Counted from the stretch's first letter, positions 13,584 through 26,040 are shown. The stretch: 61,952 bases of DNA from Octopus bimaculoides (GCF_001194135.2 NC_068998.1:45600093-45662044), one strand, 5' to 3'. The notes: a model not told the origin generated them from the sequence alone. Program-made: numbers and translations.

Positions 13584-14499
13584 TATGTGTGTGTGTATTT
13601 GTGTATATATATATATTTATTTATATATATGTATATATATTCATATATATGATAAATGCATGTAGAAATAGACATATGTACACACATGGATATACAGATC
13701 ATGTACACATACATACATGCATACATACATATTCTTATATACACACACATAATTGTGCTTATATGTGCTTACACACACATAAATATATGCATTCTTTATG
13801 TATGTATATATATATGTATACATGCATGAATGTATGTATGTATGCATGCATGCTTATATGTATGTATGAACTTACATATGTATGTCTGTGTCTATGCATG
13901 TATGTATGTATGTATGTATGTATGTATGTACATGAATTTTGTAGGTATACAGAATTTGAAAATACCACCAAGGATCTAAAGACATTTCTCTGAACTTGAA
14001 GAACCTAAAAATATAATAGAGAACTTGATAAATACAGACCCTTGAAAAAAATATTTCTGTTTAGGGTTGCAATCCTGCCACAGCTGATTTTGGTTTTCCA
14101 ATTTCTGATGTCAATAAGTAGGACAAGATGCAAATATAATTGAATTGATTAAAACCTTGAAGCTAGTGTTCCTATATGCCCATGGTTTTATGGTTGACAC
14201 TGTAAAAGAACAAAAGAATATTATACAGAAATTAAAGATATCATACACGACTTGAGGATGTCAATATGAACCTACAAATATCATATATAATATTATAGAT
14301 ATCATATACAACCTGAAAATATCAGAGGGATCGCAATTGTTATTATATGTGTTGTGTTAGGCAACAGAGAATAAATTAGTAGAGGATAAAACAAAGATAC
14401 CAAAATAAAGAAACCTAACTTTACTACAAGAAAGGCAGCACACACACATACACACACACATGCACACACACACATTCAACTAGATACATCCATATATAT

Positions 14500-14668
14500 A
14501 TATACTTATGACAGGCTTCTTTCAATTTCCATCTACCAAATCCACTCACAAGGTTATGGTCAGTTCAAGGCTACATGTCAGATACTTGCCCAAGGTGCCA
14601 AGCAGTGTGGCTAACCCCAGAACCATGTAGTTGGGAAGCAAGCATCTTACCATACAGCCAGGCCTGCA
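14500..14668 (-). mobile_element. CORE-type SINE family B, 5' half
   Basis: Reverse complement of ggctgtatggtaagatgcttgcttcccaactacatggttctgggg ... ccttgggcaagtatct (tRNA-like head plus CORE-like ccttgggcaagt). Confidence 0.8.
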
Positions 14669-14669
14669 T

Positions 14670-14966
14670 CTACGAGGGAGGATAAATCTGTGTCTTGACC
14701 ATAGATGACATCTCCTCATCAGGGGCCTTCAAATTTTTCCTGACTTTGAATAGAAAACGCCCAACAATATCCAAGAAGCCAGTAAACTCTGAGTCACTAT
14801 CTTTGACAGTTAGAGCTATGAATATGCCATATTCTTTCATTTCCTGCATCAGATTGAAAGCTCCCATGTTGATGTCAATAACACATTTGAAAGAGAGACA
14901 AGGAACTTGAAATTTAACACATGTATTTGTAACATTACACTGGGACCATCTTTTGTTTATGTCCCA
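14670..14966 (-). CDS. Candidate exon: about 99-codon open frame in unique sequence
   Basis: WDINKRWSQCNVTNTCVKFQVPCLSFKCVIDINMGAFNLMQEMKEYGIFIALTVKDSDSEFTGFLDIVGRFLFKVRKNLKAPDEEMSSMVKTQIYPPS*. Long for AT-rich DNA, but no convincing canonical splice sites and no recognised family. Confidence 0.3.
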   Translation of the reverse strand, partial: WDINKRWSQCNVTNTCVKFQVPCLSFKCVIDINMGAFNLMQEMKEYGIFIALTVKDSDSEFTGFLDIVGRFLFKVRKNLKAPDEEMSSMVKTQIYPPS

Positions 14967-15217
14967 CTAAACTTGTAGTCTCAAATACGTGGTGTGCCAG
15001 GAAGATATGAACATGATACAGAATTTAAAAATATCATATTAAACTACACATCTGATCAGCATCATTAATGGAGGTGTTTATCAAGTAAGGAGACAAGAGA
15101 CGATGCACCAAGATGTTTGTAATTGTCTCGCAATTGTTGCACACAATGTGCATCAAAGGGAGGAGAAGAAAAATGAAAACAATGGGGGTGAACAAAAATA
15201 AAGACATTACAAAAATG

Positions 15218-15486
15218 TAATAATAATAATAATGATGATGACGATGACAACAACAACAATAACAATGATAACAGTGATAGCAATAATGATGATGATGATG
15301 ATGATAATAATAATAATAATAATAATGATAATAATAATAATAATGATAATAATGATAATAATAATAATAATAATGATGATAATAATGATAATAATAATAA
15401 TGATAATAATAATAATAATAATAATGATAATAATGATAATAATAATATTGATAATAATAATAATAATAATAATAATGATAATAATG

Positions 15487-15520
<34 letters not shown>

Positions 15521-15576
15521 TAATAATAATAATAATAATGATAATAATAATAATAATGATAATAATGATAATAATG

Positions 15577-15610
<34 letters not shown>

Positions 15611-15612
15611 TG

Positions 15613-15661
<49 letters not shown>

Positions 15662-15720
15662 TGATAATAATAATATTAATAATAATAATAATAATAATAA
15701 TAATGATGATGATGATAATG
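15218..15720. repeat. Long (ATA)n/(ATG)n compound microsatellite
   Basis: About 500 bp of aat units punctuated by gat; source of the poly-I/poly-L ORFs. Confidence 0.95.
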
Positions 15721-15974
15721 TTGCTCTGCTACACATAAAATCTGCTACACAACATAATTTGTTCATAATTGTTTACTGTCCTCTCTCTTTGAAATGAAAA
15801 GCTTTGTGCGTCAGGGTTAACAATAATGCAGTTTTTGTGTGTGATGAGTATGCGTCTGTGTTTGCACAAACATATATACATACATATACACATACATACA
15901 CACACATATATGCATACATACATACATACATACATGCACACACATATATATATATATAAATATATGCATATATA

Positions 15975-16026
<52 letters not shown>

Positions 16027-16094
16027 TATATAAGTATGTGTGTATGTATGTATATATGTAAGTTTTTATGCATATATATATGTGTGTGTGTATA

Positions 16095-16125
<31 letters not shown>

Positions 16126-16237
16126 TATATCCATACAGACATACATATATGTACAAACACACACACACATCACAAACACCTGCTTACATACATATATATA
16201 AATATTTATATGTGTGTGTGTGTGTATACATATACAT

Positions 16238-16268
<31 letters not shown>

Positions 16269-16907
16269 CAAACCATGTATATATATGTGTGTGTATTATT
16301 GTATAAATAGCGAACAGCTTTTCTTTTAGACACATATCGAAAACACAACTACGTCCTGGTTTTTATTTTTTTTGCTTTTTTTTCTTATTATTTTCATATG
16401 TCTCCCCTGTAGTTTGTTTGGAGAAAACATACAGACAACATATACACGTTGTAAACAAATTATACATGTTATTAATGGCATATAAATCTAATGATTAGAT
16501 TTCAAGTTCTGAAGAAAATGTCTAAACAAACTCAGGTGATAAAATCTGCAGAAAGCACATTAGCCTATCATAAAAGAGGCAGTTTATTTTGCTAATAGCA
16601 GTTCACATCCTGATGAAGTGGCAGGGAAAGTCTAGAACTGCTGGTGATGGATTTTTGGAGTTATTGTTCAAAATAAACTGCAAGGGACTCATAGAGAATA
16701 TGAAAGTAAAAAACAAATAAAGGCTAAATAGAACACAGTGACATTTTATACACACACACACACACACACATATGTGTGTGTGTATACATACAAACACATA
16801 CATACATGCATCACGCATACATACATGCATACATACATACATACATACATACATACATACATACATACATACATACATACGAACATATTCTTTTATATGT
16901 TCCAGCA

Positions 16908-16952
16908 TTGAGGCTACAGCCTTGAGGCTACAGCCTTGAGGCTACAGCCTTG
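16908..16952. repeat. 14-bp minisatellite (ttgaggctacagcc)n running into a gap
   Basis: Three exact copies plus a partial one before the N-run. Confidence 0.85.
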
Positions 16953-17745
16953 NNNNNNNNNNNNNNNNNNNNNNNNNNNNNNNNNNNNNNNNNNNNNNNN
17001 NNNNNNNNNNNNNNNNNNNNNNNNNNNNNNNNNNNNNNNNNNNNNNNNNNNNNNNNNNNNNNNNNNNNNNNNNNNNNNNNNNNNNNNNNNNNNNNNNNNN
17101 NNNNNNNNNNNNNNNNNNNNNNNNNNNNNNNNNNNNNNNNNNNNNNNNNNNNNNNNNNNNNNNNNNNNNNNNNNNNNNNNNNNNNNNNNNNNNNNNNNNN
17201 NNNNNNNNNNNNNNNNNNNNNNNNNNNNNNNNNNNNNNNNNNNNNNNNNNNNNNNNNNNNNNNNNNNNNNNNNNNNNNNNNNNNNNNNNNNNNNNNNNNN
17301 NNNNNNNNNNNNNNNNNNNNNNNNNNNNNNNNNNNNNNNNNNNNNNNNNNNNNNNNNNNNNNNNNNNNNNNNNNNNNNNNNNNNNNNNNNNNNNNNNNNN
17401 NNNNNNNNNNNNNNNNNNNNNNNNNNNNNNNNNNNNNNNNNNNNNNNNNNNNNNNNNNNNNNNNNNNNNNNNNNNNNNNNNNNNNNNNNNNNNNNNNNNN
17501 NNNNNNNNNNNNNNNNNNNNNNNNNNNNNNNNNNNNNNNNNNNNNNNNNNNNNNNNNNNNNNNNNNNNNNNNNNNNNNNNNNNNNNNNNNNNNNNNNNNN
17601 NNNNNNNNNNNNNNNNNNNNNNNNNNNNNNNNNNNNNNNNNNNNNNNNNNNNNNNNNNNNNNNNNNNNNNNNNNNNNNNNNNNNNNNNNNNNNNNNNNNN
17701 NNNNNNNNNNNNNNNNNNNNNNNNNNNNNNNNNNTATATATATGT

Positions 17746-17970
17746 ATGTGTGTTTCTGTATCTGTGTTTGTCCCCCCACCATCGCCTTGACAACCGATGC
17801 TGGTGTGTTTACGTCCCCATAACTTAGCAGTTCGGCAAAAGAGACCAATAGAATAAGTACTAGGCTTACAAAGAATAAGCCCTGGGGTTGATTTTCTCGA
17901 CTAAAGGCAGTGCTCCAGCATGGCCACAGTCAAATGACTGAAACAAGTAAAAGAGTAAATGAGTAAATGC
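17746..17970 (+). mobile_element. SINE family B, 3' half
   Basis: gtttgtccccccaccatcgccttgacaaccgatgctggtgtgtttacgtcccc ... gaaacaagtaaaagagt. Confidence 0.85.
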
Positions 17971-19373
17971 TATCAGCAGGGCTGTGATATCATATATTCC
18001 AAAGACCCAGTGTTCAGCACTATAATTGCTGCCCCTTTAAGCCACACCTCCAATATCCAGTCTTGTCAATAAGTAAAATATTAAAATTATGCAATCTAAG
18101 CCATTTTTCAATTTATCGTTTCAATGATGTGAATAAAATGAAACAATAAAAATTAAAAAATGAAAAACTAAAAAGATTTGCTACACAGCTCACCTGTTTC
18201 CAATCAAATTTAACTCATTATAGTAACTAGATTAGAAGATGTCTCTCGTTAATTAATTGACAGTTAATTAAATAGAAGTTGAAACTAACTTTGTAAGACA
18301 TTCCTGGTAAATATCTAGCTGGTAGCAGAAATTCTCTTTCCTTGAGTTCATTTAGAGAACTATCTAAGAAATAGGGTAGTGGTGGTAGTGGTGGTGGTCG
18401 TCGTCATTGTCATTGTTATTGTTGTCATCATCATCGTCATCATTGTCATCTTCATCATCATCATTGTTGAGGTGATAGGGGTGGCAATAGGCCAATGGTG
18501 GTGATGATGATGGTAGTGGTAGCTGTAGTGATAGTGGTAATAATGGTGTTGTTGTTGTGGTGGTGGTGGCAGAGGTGGTAATTGTGGTGGGGGCGAATGT
18601 GGTGGGGGCGAATGNNNNNNNNNNNNNNNNNNNNNNNNNNNNNNNNNNNNNNNNNNNNNNNNNNNNNNNNNNNNNNNNNNNNNNNNNNNNNNNNNNNNNN
18701 NNNNNNNNNNNNNNNNNNNNNNNNNNNNNNNNNNNNNNNNNNNNNNNNNNNNNNNNNNNNNNNNNNNNNNNNNNNNNNNNNNNNNNNNNNNNNNNNNNNN
18801 NNNNNNNNNNNNNNNNNNNNNNNNNNNNNNNNNNNNNNNNNNNNNNNNNNNNNNNNNNNNNNNNNNNNNNNNNNNNNNNNNNNNNNNNNNNNNNNNNNNN
18901 NNNNNNNNNNNNNNNNNNNNNNNNNNNNNNNNNNNNNNNNNNNNNNNNNNNNNNNNNNNNNNNNNNNNNNNNNNNNNNNNNNNNNNNNNNNNNNNNNNNN
19001 NNNNNNNNNNNNNNNNNNNNNNNNNNNNNNNNNNNNNNNNNNNNNNNNNNNNNNNNNNNNNNNNNNNNNNNNNNNNNNNNNNNNNNNNNNNNNNNNNNNT
19101 GGCTGCAGCGGTGGTTGTGGCAGTGGTAGTGGTGGGAGAGCTGTGGCAGTGGTGGTGGCAGCAGTGATGGTGTTGTGGTGGCTACCGTGGCAGTGGTGGT
19201 AGCAGCGGTAATGGTGGTGGTGGTGGTGGTGGTGATGGTAGTTGTGACTGATTGTGACTCAGATTTTGTTTTTGTTCACTTGTCCCCTGATGTGGCACAA
19301 ATTTTACAACACAACACAACACATCGTTAGTACTTTTCTTTAAAAAACAATCATCTGGTACTAAATTTTACAG

Positions 19374-19477
19374 GTACCATCTTCTTCAGAAACTTCTTGG
19401 ACAAACAAAGAAAACCTGTACAGGACTCCAGCATCCACATCGATAATGCATGCTATCCCTGTTCATTGTTATGGAAG
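19374..19477. other. Exon-like segment, strand ambiguous
   Basis: Plus: ttttacag|19374-19477|gt gives GTIFFRNFLDKQRKPVQDSSIHIDNACYPCSLLWK. Minus: aacag|19458-19378|gtac gives the 81-nt phase-1 symmetric GIACIIDVDAGVLYRFSLFVQEVSEEDG. Cannot be resolved from sequence alone. Confidence 0.3.
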
Positions 19478-19654
19478 GTTTATTTATATTGGGAGCCAAT
19501 TTCAGTGGATGTTTTTCCTGTATGAAATCTCTGACATTACTAATAACATTGAGCATGGTTCAAACTACCTCCCCCACAACCCCTAAACCGATGGGCCTGT
19601 TGTAACATTAGGAAGGTTTCCACTATTGTTTTTCTCAGTTTGAAACACTGACAT

Positions 19655-19825
19655 AAGAAGCTTGCTTCCCAACCACATGGTTCCAGGTTCAGTCCCACTG
19701 TGTAGCACCTTGGGCAAGTGTCTTCTACTACAGCGCTGGACCAACCAAAGCCTTGTGAATGGCTTTGCTACATGGAAAGAAGCCTGTTGTGTATGTGTGC
19801 GTGTAAACATATATATATATATATA
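19655..19825 (+). mobile_element. SINE family B, 5' half
   Basis: aagaagcttgcttcccaaccacatggttccaggttcagtcccactgtgtagcaccttgggcaagtgtcttc, followed by (TG)/(TA)n and a gap. Confidence 0.85.
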
Positions 19826-20467
19826 NNNNNNNNNNNNNNNNNNNNNNNNNNNNNNNNNNNNNNNNNNNNNNNNNNNNNNNNNNNNNNNNNNNNNNNNNNN
19901 NNNNNNNNNNNNNNNNNNNNNNNNNNNNNNNNNNNNNNNNNNNNNNNNNNNNNNNNNNNNNNNNNNNNNNNNNNNNNNNNNNNNNNNNNNNNNNNNNNNN
20001 NNNNNNNNNNNNNNNNNNNNNNNNNNNNNNNNNNNNNNNNNNNNNNNNNNNNNNNNNNNNNNNNNNNNNNNNNNNNNNNNNNNNNNNNNNNNNNNNNNNN
20101 NNNNNNNNNNNNNNNNNNNNNNNNNNNNNNNNNNNNNNNNNNNNATATATATATATATATATAATATTAAATAACAGGGGAAGGATTCAGTATTAAATCT
20201 TTATTGGGTACAACATATGTTTCGACCCATCAGTCTAGGTCTCATCAGATACATCAATAATGATATGTCTCACTACACATTTTTAGTGTTCTACTCAAAT
20301 ATAAACACACATATACACATATATATCAGTGCATGTATGTGTGTGTGTGTTTGTATGTGTCCTTATGTCTGTGTTTGTCTCACACCACCACTTGACAAAC
20401 CAGTGTTACTGTGTTTAGGAACCTGGAACTTTGTGGTTCAATAAAAGGGTCAACAGCATAAGTACCA

Positions 20468-20705
20468 GCAGACGGACAATTCATCGACAGACAGTAGGCT
20501 GATAGACAACTTACCAACAGGACAATTGACCGATTGGACAATTTTCTGGTTCTATCAGTAACATAGGTATACCTTTTGTATAAAAGGTTTCTGCTTCCTT
20601 GTTCCCTTTTGATGAACTCCATGAGCTGATTGTCCAATCAGTGAATTGTCCAATCGGTGAATTGTCCAATCAGTGAATTGTCTGTCAGCGAATTGTCTGC
20701 ACATG
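20468..20705. mobile_element. Foldback/Mutator-like MITE with 15-bp subterminal repeats and a 9-bp TSD
   Basis: TSD taagtacca at 20459-20467 and 20706-20714; left arm of ggacaatt(c/g)accgatt-type units, right arm of their reverse complement aatc(a/g)gtgaattgtcc; interrupts a degenerate family B 3' half. Confidence 0.75.
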
Positions 20706-20970
20706 TAAGTACCAAGCTTAAAAAAAATAACGAGTAGAGGTTTTAAAATTACAGCAGCTATGAACCTGGCTGGGATCAACTTCCTTGGCACTTACCAAAA
20801 CCTAGATTCCAACATCTACAAACCCTTCCTTATGACGAATGAGAATTTTAGATATATAAATATGTGTGTGTGTTGTGTGCTGCATGTGTTGTATGTGTAC
20901 ATATCTATTTGTCTATCTATCTATCTATCTATCTATTTATCTCTATCTCTCTGTCTGTCTATCTATCTAT

Positions 20971-21001
<31 letters not shown>

Positions 21002-21027
21002 TATATATTTATGTACACGTGTATGTG

Positions 21028-21068
<41 letters not shown>

Positions 21069-21503
21069 CTGTCTTTCTGTCTGTCTATCTATTTATACAC
21101 ACACACACACATATATATTTATGTACACTTGTATGTGTATATGTATGCATCTATCTATCTATACATCCATCTATCTATATGTATGTGCATGTGTGTGTGC
21201 ATGTGTGTGTGTGTGTGTGTGTGTGTGTATTCTACAGAAAATAAAGGAATTCTCAAATGCAGGATGGCTGTGAAGACAGATTACAATTACTTTATTTTAT
21301 GTGGAATACCGACTCACTTGATGCTTATAAATTTGTTTACAAAACGTTCTCACACACACACACACACACACACACGAATATATATCCCTGGTTTGTTATC
21401 ATATAGGTTACATATGTTAATACCGAGTGAGTGTTGAAGTGTTTGAGAATGATAATACGTTTATGTGAAAATAGCAATCTGTTGCCCTCTCAAAATGTAA
21501 TAC

Positions 21504-21706
21504 CCTCGAATAACAGTGCATAAATATTTCTAAAATCTTATCCTCATCAAGAAAGCAAAAAGACTTCAGCCACTCATCTGATAACAGACATGTTTTGACT
21601 GACTCCTTGAAATCATCTCAATTTTCATGCAGGACATTGGGACATTGGGAGTTACTGGAAGAAAGGGGGGGAACACTGGAGGGAATATTGATGTCCTCCA
21701 ACACAT
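21504..21706 (-). pseudogene. Exon-like segment with one in-frame TGA
   Basis: Acceptor ttattcatcttccag, possible donor agg|gtatta; DVLEDINIPSSVPPLSSSNSQCPNVLHEN*DDFKESVKTCLLSDEWLKSFCFLDEDKILEIFMHCYSR, TGA at 21618-21620. Alternative acceptors and frames exist. Confidence 0.3.
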
Positions 21707-21969
21707 CTGGAAGATGAATAAATATACGTGCAACTTGGCATGTTAATGTTAAATGAGATTAAACTTTGGAGTTGTTTGATAAGTTTAAAGATCGAATATC
21801 TTGAACTTACTGAGAAACCTTTTACGCTGTTTTTCTTTCAATTAAACTTGAATATAATACAGAATACAGTAAAATAATTTTGTCATTATCAAGCAGATGT
21901 TTGAAGCATAAATTTATATGGATTTTTTTGTTATCAAACTAATGTTTGAAATATAAATTAGTTTCATAT

Positions 21970-22160
21970 TTTGGTGCAAGGCCAGCAATTTCTGGGGAAG
22001 AATTAAGTCGGTTACATCAGCCCCAATGTTCAACTGGTACTTATTTTGTTGACCCAGAAAGGATGAAAAGCAAAGTCAGCCTCGGTAGTATTTGAACTCA
22101 GAATGTAAAGAGAGATGAAATGCGTCTAGGCATTTTGCCTGGCATGCTAACAACTCTGCC
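21970..22160 (-). mobile_element. SINE family A, degenerate
   Basis: caactggtacttattttgttgacccagaaaggatgaaaagcaaagtcagcctcgg...gaactcagaa is the family A reverse complement. Confidence 0.8.
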
Positions 22161-22195
22161 TGGAGGAGGTAGTGCTGCCCTGGGTCAAGAAGGTG

Positions 22196-22617
22196 GCTGC
22201 TGGAAAACCAACTCCCCAGATTGCATCTCCCTTGATTATTATGTGTGGGGTGCAATTGAGACCAACAAAACTCCTTGTAGCACTAAAGATGAACTGAAGG
22301 CAAGGATTATGACAGCATTCACCAACTTCAACAAGGAGGCCATCCAGGAGATTCCAAAGTCGTCTGGGGACTAATGATGAACTGAAGGCAAGGATTATGA
22401 CAGCATTCACCAACTTCAACAAGGAGACCATCCAGGAGATTCCAAAGTCGTCTGGGGGAAGACTTCTGAAGCCAATGGCGATTTTAGCAAGTAAGTTTAC
22501 TCTTTAGTATTTCAAGATATTTTTATGCAATTTTGGTAAATATATCTGTTAAAATGAGATATCAGTGTTATTTTCATTTTTGCATAATTTAGACAACAGT
22601 TTATTCACCACACTACA
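22196..22617 (+). mobile_element. Tc1/mariner (DD37D/maT-like) transposase 3' relic with an internal 88-bp tandem duplication
   Basis: W-x-x-NSPDCISLDYYVWGAIE...KTPCSTKDELKARIMTAFTNFNKE fits the WPPxSPDxNPLDYxVWG motif; ends toward a TIR-like tttattcaccacacta. Subfamily assignment is inference. Confidence 0.8.
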
Positions 22618-23322
22618 TATATATATTTCACAATATATATATCNNNNNNNNNNNNNNNNNNNNNNNNNNNNNNNNNNNNNNNNNNNNNNNNNNNNNNNNN
22701 NNNNNNNNNNNNNNNNNNNNNNNNNNNNNNNNNNNNNNNNNNNNNNNNNNNNNNNNNNNNNNNNNNNNNNNNNNNNNNNNNNNNNNNNNNNNNNNNNNNN
22801 NNNNNNNNNNNNNNNNNNNNNNNNNNNNNNNNNNNNNNNNNNNNNNNNNNNNNNNNNNNNNNNNNNNNNNNNNNNNNNNNNNNNNNNNNNNNNNNNNNNN
22901 NNNNNNNNNNNNNNNNNNNNNNNNNNNNNNNNNNNNNNNNNNNNNNNNNNNNNNNNNNNNNNNNNNNNNNNNNNNNNNNNNNNNNNNNNNNNNNNNNNNN
23001 NNNNNNNNNNNNNNNNNNNNNNNNNNNNNNNNNNNNNNNNNNNNNNNNNNNNNNNNNNNNNNNNNNGGAGGAGGAGGAATACGGTGATTTGATAATCTCC
23101 ATAATTTAGCAATCACAGAAGATTGATGTGTGAAGTTGTGTTGATCAATTTAAAGTGTGAATAATGTGCTTGTCTGAGAGAGGGAGAGAGAGAGAGAGTG
23201 GAAGTGTGTATATGCATGTGCGTATCTGTATGTTTATGTGTATGTGTGAATATGAGTGTTTGTCATTCTATGTATGTCTATGTTTGTATGTGATTGTGTG
23301 TGTGTATGTGTGTGTGTGTCCC

Positions 23323-23353
<31 letters not shown>

Positions 23354-23606
23354 GTGTGTGTGTGTCCCTGTGTGTGTGCACGGTGTCTGAGTCTGTGTTT
23401 GTTGATATGTGAGTGTCTGTATCTGTGTGGTGTGTCATATGTGCATGTGTCCATGTGTGGGGATGTCCGTTGGTTCGGTGGAGGTGTCCATGGGTCGGTC
23501 GGTAGGGGTGTCTGTGTGCGTGTGTGTGTGTGCATGTGATATGATTTGTGTGCAACTGTTTGTCTTTATGTGTACGTGTGTATATATGTGTGTGATGTAT
23601 CCTTAT

Positions 23607-23685
<79 letters not shown>

Positions 23686-24064
23686 CATGATACATGAAAT
23701 AATACTAGAGTTCACTCACAGATATGTCTTCATTGAAAATTTGATAAAATATCACAACACACTCTCGAACTTTGAAGTATTATCTTATTACAAAGATGTC
23801 ACAATTTTAATGGCATCATCAATGTTTAGAAATTCTTCAATTCAGCCAACCACATTTTGAAACTTGCTGCCATCTCTAGTCCACAACGATGACATTTCTT
23901 TGAAAGGAATCCCATTCTCTGAAACCATTTTATATAGATGCCAGAATGAAGGAAGCGGTGATCTATGCTAAAATAGAAATATTTCATAATTATGTGTAGT
24001 TTGCTGGCTGGATTACTTATTACTGTTTCAATGACTGTGAGTTCAGAATGTTACTTCTGATTCC

Positions 24065-24205
24065 AGGCTTGGCTGTGTGGTCAAGAAGTTTGGTTCTCAG
24101 CCACGTGGTTTTAAGTTCAGTCCCACTGTGTGGCACTTTGGTGCACACGTTTCTTCGCTCTGAATGAATTTGATAGGTGGAAACTACACAGAAGCCTGTC
24201 TTGTG
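24065..24205 (+). mobile_element. SINE family B, 5' half
   Basis: ggcttggctgtgtggtcaagaagtttggttctcagccacgtggttttaagttcagtcccactgtgtggcac. Confidence 0.75.
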
Positions 24206-24454
24206 TATGTATATAGTACACACACACGCACACATACGCACGCATACACACACACACACGCATACTTACATATACTATACACATACATACATGTGTGTGT
24301 GGGTTGACCTGATAGATAGATAGATATTTATTAGTTATTACTCTACCTTGTTTTGCATCTAGGTGCTTACTTGTGTGTGTGTGCATGTGTGTGTGAGTGT
24401 GTCTGTGTGTACACATACATACATACATACATACATGCAAACTACTTGGTGACC

Positions 24455-24600
24455 TTACTAGTGTTGGTAGCATGAATAAGCACCCAGTCCACTCTGTAAA
24501 GTGGTTGGCATTAGGAACTGTAGAAACCATGCCAAAACAGACATTGGAGCTGCACAAAGTAGTCTGACCTGTGGGATCCTATCAAATGATGATGATGATG
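24455..24600 (+). mobile_element. Family C 3' fragment with (GAT)n tail
   Basis: gcacccagtccactctgtaaagtggttggcattaggaa ... atgatgatgatg. Confidence 0.65.
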
Positions 24601-25600
24601 ATATATTCACCTACTCTGAAACAATAGTTTCCCGTGTCTGAACTTCTTGTTTCAAACAAGAGTACTTTTCGTGCAACCCCTTCGCTAGAAGCCTACCAAA
24701 AGCTAAGTTTTGCTCCCTTTCACAGACCTATTTCAAAATAGACTTTACTGGGATGTTTGCATTTCATTTAAACTGAAACTCATTTTCATGTATTCGTGTG
24801 TTCATGAAAAGGTTGATTACTATAGCCATTAATTAATTAAAAAAAAAAAATTCTTCGATTAAATAGCTATTACTATTCGTCAATTGAATGTGAAGAAAAA
24901 AATAAATATTGAGAGAGGGTGAAGAAGGATCAGTGATTGATCAAGTGAGAGAAAATTTATTGAATGGAAAATCCCGATTGGATTAAATTGGCAAATAATG
25001 ATATCATCCGTAAAAGACATTTTTTTCCACTGAAAGAATTAAGTGCCAGCCAAAACAAGATCACAATGAAGAAATTCTAAAAGAAGAAACTGTAATGGAC
25101 ATTTAGGAATTACGTTGATAATATCATCCTTAAAGAATTATGGAAATTCCTTCATTATTTTTCATTTCATTAACCAAGCAGAACTTGAACAGATTCACAC
25201 CAACTTCACCGCAGCCCTCACTTTCCAATATTCAATTAAATGCAGACAAGGAGTAAGACAGAGGTCCTATCCTGTCAAGACAAAAAGCCCCATTGGATTA
25301 AATTGGCAAATGGAGACGGTTTCTGAAAAGTATATCATTTGGCTTTTCACCAATTCAATTAGCAAATGAAATTGTGAAGTTGCATCCAATATTTCCAAGA
25401 TGAAGCTTTCAAGACGGAGGATTTCTGAGAAAGGGTTTTATCATTGATATAAAAGTAAGAAATCAAATTGAAAGTAACTTCTTCCCCCTTCTCTGTTCTA
25501 GTCTAATAAATAACAGTAGATCTAAATATTAGTTTTCGTCTGAATTCATATCAACACACTCACATGCATATGCACATGCTCACACACATACACACATACA

Positions 25601-25877
25601 AAGGCGGAGAGCTGGCAGAACCGTTAGCACACCGGACGAAATGCTTAGCGGTATTTCGTCTGCCGCTACGTTCTGAGTTCAAATTCCGCCGAGGTCGACT
25701 TTGCCTTTCATCCTTTCGNNNNNNNNNNTTCCGCCGAGGTCGACTTTGCCTTTCATCCTTTCGGGGTCGATTAAATAAGTACCAGTTACGCACTGGAGTC
25801 GGTATAATCGACTTAATCCATTTGTCTGTCCTTGTTTGTCCCCTCTGTGTGTAGCCCCTTGTGGGTAGTAAAGAAAT
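25601..25877 (+). mobile_element. SINE family A (A2), young-looking; internal block duplicated across a 10-N gap
   Basis: aaggcggagagctggcagaaccgttagcac ... gcccccttgtgggtagtaaagaaat-type tail. Confidence 0.9.
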
Positions 25878-25931
25878 GTCGCACACATACACATATATAC
25901 TTACATATATATGGATATTTATATCTATGTA

Positions 25932-25969
<38 letters not shown>

Positions 25970-25971
25970 CA

Positions 25972-26040
25972 TTAACCCTTTAGCATTCAGATTACTTTGT
26001 CTAATGTAATGCTTACTTGTCCACATTGTTTCGAAAGAGC
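25972..26040 (+). mobile_element. piggyBac-like MITE end fragment
   Basis: ttaa|ccctttagcattcagattac; same terminus as 38049 and the right end of 43986-44210. Confidence 0.6.

Noticed and set aside
16600-16650. ctgatga...gaaa hammerhead-like words
   Set aside because: No pairable stems I or II.
18194-18226. 33-nt minus-strand candidate exon (YYNELNLIGN) with a cag|gtgagc donor
   Set aside because: Weak acceptor and too short to support without transcripts.
24620-25500. AT-rich block with repeated attggattaaattggcaaat
   Set aside because: Possibly a decayed DNA transposon, but no termini or coding motifs could be identified.
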